A DNA stretch of 32,000 bases from Geobacter sulfurreducens PCA (GCF_000007985.2 NC_002939.5:2040001-2072000), one strand, 5' to 3'. Shown: positions 16,976 through 27,905, counted from the first letter of the stretch. Translations and numbers: made by a program. Notes: generated from the sequence alone by a model not told the origin.

Positions 16976-17965
16976 TTGCAAACCCGGCGACAGGGTGCTA
17001 CACACAATCCCATGAGATGGCTCAGGAAGCTTGCCAATCCGCTTTTCGCTCTTATCGGCATCCAGGTGATATGGGGACTCTTCGTCTTCTACTGGATCTA
17101 CTGGTTCGTGGGGCGCCACAAGGAGTTCCGGGAACTGGCCCTTCGCTACCGGCCCGAGCTGCTCGGCCGCGGTTTCGACTGGATGGTGCTCGTGGAAGGG
17201 CTCATCCTGCTGGTGCTCATCCTGGCCGGGGTCTATGCGCTCTTCATCTTCTGGCGCCGCCAGTCCAACCTCTATCGTGAGCAGAAGGAATTCATCTCCC
17301 AGGTCACCCACGAGCTCAAGTCGCCGCTGGCATCCATCAAGCTCCACCTTGAGACGATCCGGCTGCGCAAGCCGCCGCCCGACAAGCTGGAGCGGTTCCT
17401 CGACACCATGCTTGAGGACACCGAGCGCCTCGACAACCTCATCAGCAACTTCCTCATGGCGGCAAAGCTTGAGCAAAAGCTCCGCACGACCCAGCAAACC
17501 GTCGTCGACTTTTCCGCCTTCCTTGTCCGCTCCCTGGAGCGCCTGGAACAGCATCTGCCCGAGGGAGGAAACCTGACGCTCCGGATAGACGAGGGAATCC
17601 GGGCGGCCATCGATGCGGACGCCATGGAAACGGCACTGCGAAATCTCTTCGAAAACGCAGTCCTTTACAGCCCCGGAGCTCCCGATATCAGGGTTGCCCT
17701 GACCCGCTCCGGCAATGACTGTATCCTCACCTTCAGCGATCAGGGCGTTGGCATCGACCCCCACGACATCAAGAAGATTTTCAAGATGTTCTACCGGGTC
17801 CGCAGACCGGGCGAAACCATCCGGGGAACCGGCCTGGGACTCTGGATCGTTAAATCGGTCATCCGGGAGCATGGAGGGCGAGTCGCCGTTTCGAGCAGAG
17901 GAAATGGCATGGGAACGACCTTCACCATTACACTCCCGCTAGCCCGCGGAGGGGATCGTCAATGA
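16976..17965 (+). CDS. sensor histidine kinase with two TM helices, a roughly 24 aa external loop and no HAMP/PAS domain (alternative start ATG 17012)
   Basis: H-box SQVTHELKSPL, N-box NLFENAVLYS, G-boxes DQGVGI and GTGLGL. TM helices at the N-terminus. Confidence 0.85.
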   Translation: MQTRRQGATHNPMRWLRKLANPLFALIGIQVIWGLFVFYWIYWFVGRHKEFRELALRYRPELLGRGFDWMVLVEGLILLVLILAGVYALFIFWRRQSNLYREQKEFISQVTHELKSPLASIKLHLETIRLRKPPPDKLERFLDTMLEDTERLDNLISNFLMAAKLEQKLRTTQQTVVDFSAFLVRSLERLEQHLPEGGNLTLRIDEGIRAAIDADAMETALRNLFENAVLYSPGAPDIRVALTRSGNDCILTFSDQGVGIDPHDIKKIFKMFYRVRRPGETIRGTGLGLWIVKSVIREHGGRVAVSSRGNGMGTTFTITLPLARGGDRQ

Positions 17966-18678
17966 CCGAGGACAAGCCGCACATTTTGCTCGTTGAAGAC
18001 GAAATCCACCTGGCTCGGGGGATCTGCTTCAACCTGGAGATGGAAGGATACCGCGTGAGCCACGTGGAGAGCGGCGAGGCTGCTCTGGAACGGCTGACCT
18101 ATGACCGGTTTGCGCTCATCATCCTCGACGTCATGCTGCCGGGAATCGACGGGTTCACCGTATGCGAGCGGGTGCGTGCCACCGACGCGCGCGTGCCGAT
18201 ACTCATCCTCACCGCCCGGGCCGATGACGGCGACCGGATCACGGGCCTCGATCGGGGTGCGGACGATTATCTGACCAAACCGTTCAACCTGAACGAATTT
18301 CTTCTTCGCGTGCGCGGCATGCTGCGCCGCTCGGCTTGGTATCGGCCTGAGCCGGTGGAAGAGGGATACCGGTTCGGCGACAACGAAGTTTTTCTCCTCT
18401 CCTACCATGCGCGGACCGCCCAAGGGGAAGTGGATTTGACCGAACTGGAGGTCAAGATGCTGTCGCTTTTCTTTCATCGTGAGGGGGAAGCGATCCCGCG
18501 GGGAGAGATTCTGGAAAACGTGTGGGGCTACAGTTCCGACACCGAAACCCGCACGCTCGACAATTTCATTGTCCGGCTGCGTAAGTACTTTGAGCCGAAT
18601 CCGGCAAAACCGGTCTATTTCCAGACCGTCAGGGGGGTGGGATACCGCTTTAGCAGGAAAGGTGGCAACGGGGAATAA
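17962..18678 (+). CDS. OmpR/PhoB-family response regulator
   Basis: REC domain (LLVEDE...IILDVMLPGIDG...KPF) plus winged-helix C-terminus (TVRGVGYRF). ATGA overlap with the kinase gene. Confidence 0.9.
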   Translation: MTEDKPHILLVEDEIHLARGICFNLEMEGYRVSHVESGEAALERLTYDRFALIILDVMLPGIDGFTVCERVRATDARVPILILTARADDGDRITGLDRGADDYLTKPFNLNEFLLRVRGMLRRSAWYRPEPVEEGYRFGDNEVFLLSYHARTAQGEVDLTELEVKMLSLFFHREGEAIPRGEILENVWGYSSDTETRTLDNFIVRLRKYFEPNPAKPVYFQTVRGVGYRFSRKGGNGE

Positions 18679-18713
18679 GGGGCCACAGGGGCCGCCCGGA
18701 GACTGGGAATGCA

Positions 18714-18743
18714 AAAGGCCGGAGGGATAACCTTCCGGCCTTT
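18714..18743. terminator. bidirectional terminator between the response regulator and metK
   Basis: AAAGGCCGGA pairs with TCCGGCCTTT, 10-nt loop, with U-rich tails on both strands. Confidence 0.7.
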
Positions 18744-18774
18744 CTTGTTAGGACTAGTATTCGAAATCGATCCC

Positions 18775-19944
18775 TTAGATTCCAGCCTTCTGGCGGATGA
18801 TATCGATCTTGTCGGTCCGCTCCCAGGTGAATTCGGGGAGTTCGCGGCCGAAATGGCCGTAGGCCGCGGTCTTGCGGTAAATCGGGCGAAGCAGGTCGAG
18901 CTGCTCGATGATGGCGCGGGGACGCAGATCAAAAACCTCACGGATGATCTCCGCGATTCGTGCGGACGGAATTTTGCCGGTACCCGCAGTGTCGACCATG
19001 ACCGACACGGGCTCGGCCACGCCGATGGCATAGGCGACCTGAACTTCGCAGCGCTCGCACAGCCCTGCCGCAACCAGGTTCTTGGCCACGTAACGCCCCA
19101 TGTAGGCAGCTGACCGGTCGACTTTGGAAGGATCCTTACCCGAGAAGGCGCCGCCGCCGTGGGCACCGTGACCGCCGTAGCTGTCGACGATGATCTTGCG
19201 ACCCGTGAGGCCGCAGTCGCCCATGGGACCACCGATCACGAACCGGCCGGTGGGGTTGATGAGGAAGCGGGTCTTGTCGTCCATGAGCTCCACGGGGATG
19301 ATCTTCTTGACGACCTCCTCGATGATCCCTTCCTTGATGGTTTCATAGGAGACTTCCGGCGTGTGCTGGGAGGAGATGACCACCGTGTCGACCCGGACCG
19401 GCCTGTCGTCGACATACTGGATGGAAACCTGCGATTTGGAGTCGGGGCGAAGGAAATCGAGGGTTCCGTTTTTGCGGACTTCGGCCAGCTTCTGGGTCAG
19501 CCGGTGCGAGTACATGATGGTCATCGGCATAAGCTCGGGAGTTTCATTGCAGGCATAGCCGAACATAAGCCCCTGGTCGCCCGCGCCCTGCTCCTTGAAC
19601 ATCCCTTCCCCCTCGGTGACGCCCTGGGAGATGTCGGGGGATTGCTTGTCAATGGAGACAAGGACCGCGCAGGTTTCCCAGTCGAAGCCCATGGCCGAAT
19701 CGTTGTAGCCGATCTCCTTGATGGTCTCGCGCACGACCTTCGGGTAGTCGACCACCGCTGTGGTGGTGATTTCGCCGGCGATTACCGCCATGCCGGTGGT
19801 AACAAGCGTTTCACAGGCAACCCTCGCCCTTTTGTCCTGAGTAAGTATCGCATCGAGAATGGCATCCGAAACCTGGTCGGCAACCTTGTCGGGGTGACCT
19901 TCGGATACCGATTCGGACGTGAAAATATAATCCTTCATCTCCAT
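18775..19944 (-). CDS. metK: S-adenosylmethionine synthetase
   Basis: 389 aa [23 protein letters not shown] and GGGAFSGKD motifs. GAGGAGGA SD. Confidence 0.95.
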   Translation of the reverse strand: MEMKDYIFTSESVSEGHPDKVADQVSDAILDAILTQDKRARVACETLVTTGMAVIAGEITTTAVVDYPKVVRETIKEIGYNDSAMGFDWETCAVLVSIDKQSPDISQGVTEGEGMFKEQGAGDQGLMFGYACNETPELMPMTIMYSHRLTQKLAEVRKNGTLDFLRPDSKSQVSIQYVDDRPVRVDTVVISSQHTPEVSYETIKEGIIEEVVKKIIPVELMDDKTRFLINPTGRFVIGGPMGDCGLTGRKIIVDSYGGHGAHGGGAFSGKDPSKVDRSAAYMGRYVAKNLVAAGLCERCEVQVAYAIGVAEPVSVMVDTAGTGKIPSARIAEIIREVFDLRPRAIIEQLDLLRPIYRKTAAYGHFGRELPEFTWERTDKIDIIRQKAGI

Positions 19945-20000
19945 CGTGGTTCATTCCTCCTCGTGTGATGTATAAGGGTAGCGCTTGGAAAAGACTATGG

Positions 20001-20030
20001 ATTGTATCGAGTGGATGAGAGAAAAGTCAA
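20001..20030 (-). promoter_or_regulatory. candidate sigma70 promoter of metK
   Basis: Minus strand: TTGACT (20025-20030), 18-nt spacer, TACAAT (20001-20006). Implied leader is about 50 nt. Confidence 0.5.
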
Positions 20031-20048
20031 GGGCTAAAACCGGGGCGA

Positions 20049-21815
20049 TCAGTCGAAACTCTCGGAAAAACGCGCCGAAATCTCGCTTTTAACAAAGGAC
20101 TCCACCTCGGCTGCGGTGGCAAAGGTGAGCGCGCGGGCAACCAACCGCTCGGCGTCGGAACGTCTGGCGCGGCGAAGAATCTTCTTGACCCGGGGAATGG
20201 ACACGGCTGTCATCGACAGCTCATCAAACCCGAGACCAAGCAGGATTGGCAAGTAGAGTGGTTCGCCCGCCATTTCACCACACATGCAGACACGGATTCC
20301 CGCGGCATGGGCCGCATCGGCAACGGTTTTGAGGGAACGGAGAATGGCGGGGTGCAACGGTTGATACAGATGCGCCAGGTGCTCATTAGTCCGATCGATG
20401 GCCAGCGAGTACTGGATCAGGTCATTGGTACCGACACTGAAGAAATCCACCTCGCGCGCCAGCAGGTCGGCGATGGTAACCGCGGACGGCACCTCGATCA
20501 TTATTCCCGTCTCGATCTTCTCGTCAAAGGGAATACCGGCCGAACGCAGCTCTTCCATGCATTCACGGAGAACTGCCTTGGCGCTCCGCACCTCTTCGAT
20601 GCCTGAAATCATGGGGAAAAAGAGTCGCACACTCCCCTTGCAACCGGCCCGAAGTATCGCTCTCAGCTGGGACTTGAAAACTTCCGGCCTGCGGAGGGAC
20701 AAACGGATGGCGCGCAACCCCATGGCAGGGTTCATCTCGTCTTCCAGGTGCAGATCGGTGGCCAGCTTATCTCCGCCGATGTCGAGGGTCCTTATGGTGA
20801 CCGGCTCGGGCGCGACATTCTCTACGATGGTTGCATAGGCCCGGTACTGCTCTTCTTCGTCGGGGAGCCCCGGGCGATTCATGTAGAGCATCTCGGTGCG
20901 GTAGAGTCCCACGCCCTGGCCGCCGTGGCCCTTGAGGGAAGGAATTTCCTCGGGAAACTCGATATTCCCCATGAGTCTCATGCTGTGACCGTCCAGGGTC
21001 ACGGCAGGCAGGTCCTTGAGCTTCAGGAGTTCCTGTTCGAGGTAGTCGTAGTGTTGTTTTCTCCGCAGGTAATCGCGGAAGGTCTCTTCGGAGGGATTGA
21101 CGACAATGGTGCCGGTGGTGCCGTCGATGATGATCGGCAGGCCATCGATATCCTCGACCGTGATGGTTTCGAGGCCGACAACCGCGGGAATCTCGAAGGC
21201 GCGGGCCAATATGGACGTGTGAGAGGTCTTTCCACCCAGGTCGGTAACAAAACCGACGACTTTTTCCTTGTCCATCTGGAGGATGTCGGTGGGAGAGAGG
21301 TCATGGGCGACAATGAGCCGCTTCCCCTCGTCGATGGCGTCAATACGCTCATGACGTTTGCCGACCATGTGACGCAGAATCCTCTCGACCACGGTTTCCA
21401 CATCCCCGAAACGCTCCCGCAGGTAATCGTCATCGATCCCAGCAAAGAACTCCTTGAACTTGTCGAGATTTTTCTTGAGTGCCGCCTCGGCGTTGACCCC
21501 ATCCCTCTCGATGAGATCGATCGTGCCCTGGCGCAGCATGGAGTCGTCGAGGATCAGAAGGTGGGCGTCAACCACATAGAGGTGCTCTGCGCCCCTGCGG
21601 GCGGCGATAGACTCCTTGAGGGCCAGCAGGTCGTCCCGCGAACGTGACAGGGCAGCGGTAAATCGAACCACCTCACCCGGGATATCTTCGGGTGGCACTG
21701 AGGCTTCGACCACCATTACACGGCTGCGGTCGGTGACGCGGGCAGTGCCGATGGCAATCCCCGGCGACGCACCTATGCCGCTGAATACCCTGGTTTCACT
21801 CCTCGCCGAACCCAT
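20049..21815 (-). CDS. ptsI: phosphoenolpyruvate-protein phosphotransferase (PTS enzyme I)
   Basis: GIGASPGIAIG N-terminus, GGKTSHTSILAR phospho-His region, C-terminal PEP-utilising domain. Start set at MGSARSE (20-nt overlap with ptsH); the ORF track extends 30 codons further. Confidence 0.9.
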   Translation of the reverse strand: MGSARSETRVFSGIGASPGIAIGTARVTDRSRVMVVEASVPPEDIPGEVVRFTAALSRSRDDLLALKESIAARRGAEHLYVVDAHLLILDDSMLRQGTIDLIERDGVNAEAALKKNLDKFKEFFAGIDDDYLRERFGDVETVVERILRHMVGKRHERIDAIDEGKRLIVAHDLSPTDILQMDKEKVVGFVTDLGGKTSHTSILARAFEIPAVVGLETITVEDIDGLPIIIDGTTGTIVVNPSEETFRDYLRRKQHYDYLEQELLKLKDLPAVTLDGHSMRLMGNIEFPEEIPSLKGHGGQGVGLYRTEMLYMNRPGLPDEEEQYRAYATIVENVAPEPVTIRTLDIGGDKLATDLHLEDEMNPAMGLRAIRLSLRRPEVFKSQLRAILRAGCKGSVRLFFPMISGIEEVRSAKAVLRECMEELRSAGIPFDEKIETGIMIEVPSAVTIADLLAREVDFFSVGTNDLIQYSLAIDRTNEHLAHLYQPLHPAILRSLKTVADAAHAAGIRVCMCGEMAGEPLYLPILLGLGFDELSMTAVSIPRVKKILRRARRSDAERLVARALTFATAAEVESFVKSEISARFSESFD

Positions 21816-22062
21816 TAGTGATAATCTCGTCGAGTGAGGCCATGGCCTCATCCTCATCGTCGCCCGCCACCCGGACACGGATGGTCGTCCCCTTGGCAGC
21901 GGCAAGCATCATTATTCCCATGATACTCTTGCCGTTCACCTCGACGCCTTCCCGCTCGATCTTGATGTCGGAATGGAACCGGCTGGCCGTTTTGACAAGC
22001 AGGGCGGATGCCCGTGCGTGCAGGCCGAGCTTGTTTACTATGGTGAATTCCCTCTCAAGCAT
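21796..22062 (-). CDS. ptsH: phosphocarrier protein HPr
   Basis: 88 aa ORF. His15 context GLHARAS and Ser46 context GKSIMGIM are both present. Confidence 0.9.
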   Translation of the reverse strand: MLEREFTIVNKLGLHARASALLVKTASRFHSDIKIEREGVEVNGKSIMGIMMLAAAKGTTIRVRVAGDDEDEAMASLDEIITNGFGEE

Positions 22063-22080
22063 TTCGCTGGCTACCTCGGA

Positions 22081-22482
22081 TCATTTCAGATAATCGCCGG
22101 CTACGGCTATGCTCTCCCGCCCGCAGTCCCTGAGCGAGCCCGCCAGTTCCGCGACTGTGGCTCTCTGCCGATCACTCGCAAATTTGATCACCATCGGGAG
22201 ATTGACCCCCGTGAGCACCTCCACCCGCTCTCCTTCGAGAAAAGAAAGGCTCATATTGGAGGGCGTGCCGCCAAACATGTCGGTCATAATGATGGCGCCA
22301 TTGCCGGATACCTGTTTGACGGCGGCAGATATCCTGTCCATGATGCCTTCCACTTGGTCTCCCTGCTCAATACCTATTGCTTGAGCCTCTTCGATGGGGC
22401 CCACTATCATTTCGGCGGCCTTCAGCAGTTCCTTCGCAAGGCCGGCGTGAGTTACAAGCACAAGTCCAATCATTATAGTCAT
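22081..22482 (-). CDS. PTS EIIA component, mannose/fructose family (no IIB/IIC/IID in the window)
   Basis: 133 aa ORF. IGLVLVTHAGLAKELL with the His10-type phosphorylation site of EIIA-Man. ATGA overlap with rapZ. Confidence 0.8.
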   Translation of the reverse strand: MTIMIGLVLVTHAGLAKELLKAAEMIVGPIEEAQAIGIEQGDQVEGIMDRISAAVKQVSGNGAIIMTDMFGGTPSNMSLSFLEGERVEVLTGVNLPMVIKFASDRQRATVAELAGSLRDCGRESIAVAGDYLK

Positions 22483-23336
22483 CCTTTTTCCTTGTCCCTA
22501 TGAGACACTTTCACCACCAAACCGAGGCCGGCAAAGAATGCCCGCAACTCTTCGACAATGGCGACTGAACGGTGCCGGCCGCCGGTGCATCCCACGGAAA
22601 CGGTCAGGTATGATTTCCCCTCGCGCTGGTAGGAGGGGACGAGAAACTCCAGGAGGTCCATGAAGCGCTCAAGGAATTGCCGGGTTTCCGGTTTTTCCAG
22701 TACATAGGTGCGGACGTTCTCGTCCAGTCCTGTACCCGCCTTCAGTTCCGGCACAAAATGTGGGTTGGGAAGAAAGCGGACATCCATCACTATATCCGAC
22801 TCTAGGGGAATCCCGAACCGATAGCCAAAGGATTGCAGGTGAATTGTCAGGGGTCGCGTTCCCGACTCGCCCTTGATGCGGGAGTGGACCAGCTCCTTCA
22901 ACTGGTGCACGTTCAGCTCCGACGTATCGATCACATGCGTGGCGAGCCTTCTGAGTCCGGCCAGTTGTTCGCGCTCGTAGCGAATCCCCTCCGGCACCGA
23001 CCCACTTTCCAGGGCCGGGTGGCGACGGCGGGTTTCTGAAAACCGGCGGACCAGCACCTCGTCAGTGGCATCAAAAAAGATTACCTCCACCGTGTGTCCG
23101 GCTTCACTGATCTGCTGGAAGACTTTCTCGAATCCCTTGATGAAGTCCCGGCCGCGGATATCCATGACCAACGCCACGCCTGCCACATTCTCACCCGAGC
23201 GACAGACCAGATCAATGATGGTTGGAAACAGAAGAACCGGAAGGTTGTCGACGCAGAAAAACCCCTCGTCCTCCAGTACACGCACCGCCGTCGATTTACC
23301 GGAGCCCGAAAGCCCTGTGATCACCAGAACGCGCAT
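22479..23336 (-). CDS. rapZ: RNase adapter / nucleotide-binding protein RapZ
   Basis: 285 aa ORF. ITGLSGSGKSTA P-loop, CVDNLP, C-terminal GCTGGRHRSV motif. Confidence 0.9.
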   Translation of the reverse strand: MRVLVITGLSGSGKSTAVRVLEDEGFFCVDNLPVLLFPTIIDLVCRSGENVAGVALVMDIRGRDFIKGFEKVFQQISEAGHTVEVIFFDATDEVLVRRFSETRRRHPALESGSVPEGIRYEREQLAGLRRLATHVIDTSELNVHQLKELVHSRIKGESGTRPLTIHLQSFGYRFGIPLESDIVMDVRFLPNPHFVPELKAGTGLDENVRTYVLEKPETRQFLERFMDLLEFLVPSYQREGKSYLTVSVGCTGGRHRSVAIVEELRAFFAGLGLVVKVSHRDKEKG

Positions 23337-23338
23337 GG

Positions 23339-24325
23339 CTATTCCACCTCGTTTCCGAGTGGGCGGACTTCCATGCGGGCCAGAAGTTTTTCGTGGAATT
23401 CGCGGGCGGAGTGATAGCCCATGCCCTTGAGAAGGTGATTGCGAGCCGCCACTTCAATGATGGAGGTAAGGTTGCGGCCCGGACGGACGGGAATCTTAAT
23501 GTGGGGCAGTTCCACGTCAAGGATGGCATACACCTCGTCATCCAGGCCGAGGCGGTCGTACTCCTGGACAGGATCCCAATCGACGAGTTCGATCACCATG
23601 TCGATGATCTTTTTTTCGCGAATGGAAGAAACGCCGAACAGATTCTTGATGTTGATGACACCGAGCCCCCGGATCTCCATGTGATGCTGGATCGCTTCGG
23701 CTGCCTGACCCACCAGCGCCGCCGGCATCTTCTTCTTGACATACACCACATCGTCCGCCACCAGGCGATGTCCCCGGATCACGAGATCAAGGGCGCACTC
23801 GCTCTTGCCGATGCCGCTCTTACCCAGGATCAGCACCCCTACCCCCAGGACATCAACCAGAACACCGTGAATGTGGGTAGTGGGGAGAAGACGCTCTTCC
23901 AGAAATTTCGTGATCAGCGAAATAAAGGTGGAGGACTGGTGCGGCGTCACCAACAGGGGAATCCCGGCCCTTTCCGCTTCTGCCTTGAGAAAACCGGGCG
24001 GATCGAGTCCCTTGGTAACGATAAAGCAAGAGATGGGGTAGCTGCAGAGCTTTTGGATATGGATGAGTGCCTGCTGTTCCGAAATTTGCTGGAGATACGA
24101 AATCTCCGTATTGCCGAGCACCTGGACCCGGTCGGGGTGCAGATGCTCAGTATAGCCGGTAAGGGCGAGCCCCGGCTTCTGGATGCGGGAACTGTGAATG
24201 CGGTGCCCCACACCCGCGCCACCGGCGAGCAGCACGAGTTCGAGCCCGTACTCCGTATCGTCGAGAAGATCCTGAATAGCGAGACTGATGCTGTTCAACG
24301 GTGGTTTTCCTGGGTGCGGAACCAT
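23339..24325 (-). CDS. hprK: HPr kinase/phosphorylase
   Basis: GKSGIGKSECALDL P-loop, LEIRGLGVINI-type motif (MEIRGLGVINIKNLFG). Start set at MVPHPG (GGAG upstream). The longer ORF-track start at 24355 abuts a perfect hairpin and has no SD. Confidence 0.85.
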   Translation of the reverse strand: MVPHPGKPPLNSISLAIQDLLDDTEYGLELVLLAGGAGVGHRIHSSRIQKPGLALTGYTEHLHPDRVQVLGNTEISYLQQISEQQALIHIQKLCSYPISCFIVTKGLDPPGFLKAEAERAGIPLLVTPHQSSTFISLITKFLEERLLPTTHIHGVLVDVLGVGVLILGKSGIGKSECALDLVIRGHRLVADDVVYVKKKMPAALVGQAAEAIQHHMEIRGLGVINIKNLFGVSSIREKKIIDMVIELVDWDPVQEYDRLGLDDEVYAILDVELPHIKIPVRPGRNLTSIIEVAARNHLLKGMGYHSAREFHEKLLARMEVRPLGNEVE

Positions 24326-24359
24326 GCCGGCCCGCTCCGGTAACCGGGAAAGCACACAT

Positions 24360-24386
24360 CCGGCGAGTTGTCTGTCAACTCGCCGG
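24360..24386 (-). other. perfect 11-bp stem-loop in the hpf-hprK spacer (possible attenuator or processing signal)
   Basis: CCGGCGAGTTG pairs with CAACTCGCCGG, 5-nt loop. The tail AUGUGUGCUUU is only moderately U-rich. Confidence 0.5.
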
Positions 24387-24471
24387 ATGATGTGAATCCC
24401 CGTAATGATCGACTCACGATGGCCGGACTTACCAAATCTCCGTAATTCCTCCGGCCGCCGACAGGGTCAGC

Positions 24472-25017
24472 CTACTTGCGCTGGGGCTCGATGAGACCGT
24501 AGTTGCCGTCCTTCCTGCGATAGACAACATTGATAGCCTCAGTGGATGCGTCGGTGAACACGAGAAAATCCTTGTGCAGAAGATCCATTTGCATCACAGC
24601 CTCTTCCACGGACATAGGCTTGATGGAGATGGTCTTGCTCCTGATCACGACGGGTTCGGTCCGTTGCTCGATGCTTTCGGCCGTAACAACGCTCTTCTGG
24701 ATTTCCAGGGCCCGATCGTCGGCGGACGGCTTGTGCTCTTTGAGCCGCTCTTTGTAGCGGCGAAGCTGGCGCTCAATCTTGTCGATCACCGCATCCAGTG
24801 CGGCATACATGTCATTGGTTTCTTCCGCAGCCTTGATGGTAATTCCCTTGGCGGTAAGGGTCACTTCGGCGATGTGGCGGATCTTCTCCACCGTGAGAAA
24901 TACCTGAGCGGTAATCGGCTCATCGATATATTTCTTTACCCTCTCCAGCTTTTCAGCGGCGTAGCTCTTAAGGGCCTCGCTCTGCTCCATGTGTCTGAAT
25001 GTCGTCGTAATCTGCAT
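24472..25017 (-). CDS. hpf: ribosome hibernation promoting factor (long form)
   Basis: MQITTTFRHM... S30AE/YfiA N-domain plus a C-terminal dimerisation domain, 181 aa. AAGGAGGAA SD 5 nt upstream. Confidence 0.9.
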   Translation of the reverse strand: MQITTTFRHMEQSEALKSYAAEKLERVKKYIDEPITAQVFLTVEKIRHIAEVTLTAKGITIKAAEETNDMYAALDAVIDKIERQLRRYKERLKEHKPSADDRALEIQKSVVTAESIEQRTEPVVIRSKTISIKPMSVEEAVMQMDLLHKDFLVFTDASTEAINVVYRRKDGNYGLIEPQRK

Positions 25018-25043
25018 GACTTCCTCCTTGCTGTAATGGCCGC

Positions 25044-25116
25044 GTTCCGGGACCAACCGTCTTTCGTGGTCTTCACTGTAATCAAAGCACGAAATGACGA
25101 TCCTTCAACCCGGAAC
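25044..25116 (-). other. nested long hairpin in the rpoN-hpf spacer
   Basis: Outer stem GUUCCGGG/CCCGGAAC (25109-25116 with 25044-25051). Inner stem CGUCAUUUCGUG/CACGAAAGACG (25088-25099 with 25058-25068, one bulge). 19-nt apical loop. Confidence 0.4.
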
Positions 25117-25146
25117 ATCGAAAGAATAAATCAAAATGTCAGCTGG

Positions 25147-26592
<1,446 letters not shown>

Positions 26593-26679
26593 ACATAACA
26601 CACCTTTGAAGGAAGATCCGGCTGCAGAACCGGCTGGCAACCCGTCGGCAAGGGGTTGAGTACCGGGATCCGGCCGCCG

Positions 26680-27420
26680 CTAGAGTCTGAATGATTCTCC
26701 CAGGTAAATCTCCCGGGCTGTCCTGCTTTCGGCAATGGCGACCGGGTCGCCGTGCTCTATGACTTCTCCGGAATTCATGATGTAGGCGCTGTCGCATACA
26801 CCGAGGGTCTCGCGCACGTTGTGATCCGAGATCAGAATACCGATGCCGCTCTCCTTGAGGGCCGTGATGATCCCCTGGATATCGATGACCGCAATGGGGT
26901 CGATGCCGGCGAAGGGCTCGTCGAGAAGAATGTACGACGGACTAGTTGCGAGGGCGCGGGCGATTTCGACCCGCCTCCGTTCGCCGCCGGAAAGGGAATA
27001 GCCCTTGCTCCGCGCGATGTGGCTTATCTTGAACTCGACCAGAAGCTCGTCGGCCCTCTCCCTCCGTTCTGACGGCGAGTAATCCATGGTCTCCAGAACA
27101 GCGAGCAGGTTCTCCTCGACCGTGAGCTTACGGAATACTGACGGCTCCTGGGGGAGGTAACTGATGCCCCGTCGCGCCCGCTGGTACATGGGCAGAGCCG
27201 TGATGTCCTCTTCGCCGAGAACGACCTGTCCGCCGTCGGGACGGCAGAGCCCCACAACCATGTAAAACGTGGTCGTCTTGCCCGCACCGTTGGGGCCCAG
27301 CAAGCCAACGACGGTGCCGGGTGCCACCAGGAGATCGACACCATTTACCACCGTGCGCTTGCCGAACGATTTTTTCAGGCCATGTGCTCTGAGGGCCGTT
27401 TCAACGCTTCGTGCCGCCAT
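26680..27420 (-). CDS. lptB: LPS export ABC transporter ATP-binding protein
   Basis: [12 protein letters not shown] Walker [16 protein letters not shown] signature, ILLDEPFAG Walker B. Start at MAARSVE (20-nt overlap with lptA). Confidence 0.92.
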   Translation of the reverse strand: MAARSVETALRAHGLKKSFGKRTVVNGVDLLVAPGTVVGLLGPNGAGKTTTFYMVVGLCRPDGGQVVLGEEDITALPMYQRARRGISYLPQEPSVFRKLTVEENLLAVLETMDYSPSERRERADELLVEFKISHIARSKGYSLSGGERRRVEIARALATSPSYILLDEPFAGIDPIAVIDIQGIITALKESGIGILISDHNVRETLGVCDSAYIMNSGEVIEHGDPVAIAESRTAREIYLGESFRL

Positions 27421-27904
27421 TCTTCCCCTTATCCGTCGGATGGATGACAGCCTCGACCCGGGAATCGCCGCCACCGGTCACAACGCTCCGCTCTTCGTTG
27501 ACGAAGTACGTGATAACCTTGCCGGAGATCATGTTTTCTCCCTGATACACCTTGGGATCACCACTCAGGACGATCTTCTGCTCCGTATTGTAGTAAACTC
27601 CCTCCTTGGCCGTGGCAAGCCGGTTGCCCTGGACGATCTTAACGTTGCCGACCGCCTCGACCTTCTCGACGTCGCCCCCGTCATCACGGTAGTGAACAAT
27701 GAGGCGATCGGAGTAAATGGTCAGATCGCCCTGCCTGGCCGTAACCTTGCCGCTGAACGTAGCGGTCCGATTACGACTGTCGGCGGAAAGTTCGTTGGAC
27801 TTGACTGTTATCGGCTGCCCCCCCCGACTGGCCGGCAATGGTCCGGCAACGGCCATCGCCGTTACGGTCAGCAGGAAAAGCGCGGAGATGATCGTCCGCT
27901 TCAT
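27401..27904 (-). CDS. lptA: LPS transport periplasmic protein LptA (OstA-like)
   Basis: Signal peptide [21 protein letters not shown], OstA-fold repeats, position between lptC and lptB. Confidence 0.8.
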   Translation of the reverse strand: MKRTIISALFLLTVTAMAVAGPLPASRGGQPITVKSNELSADSRNRTATFSGKVTARQGDLTIYSDRLIVHYRDDGGDVEKVEAVGNVKIVQGNRLATAKEGVYYNTEQKIVLSGDPKVYQGENMISGKVITYFVNEERSVVTGGGDSRVEAVIHPTDKGKNGGTKR

Positions 27905-27905
27905 T

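Noticed and set aside
21816-21905. N-terminal extensions in the ORF track: ptsI here, and also 7669-7746, 7844-7924, 10147-10182, 10804-10848, 24326-24355, 25018-25056, 26593-26640, 27421-27474, 27905-27943 and 28482-28532.
   Set aside because: The extensions overlap upstream genes or terminators, lack an SD, and add Arg/Pro-rich residues absent from the family N-termini. Internal starts with an SD or a family-typical N-terminus were preferred.
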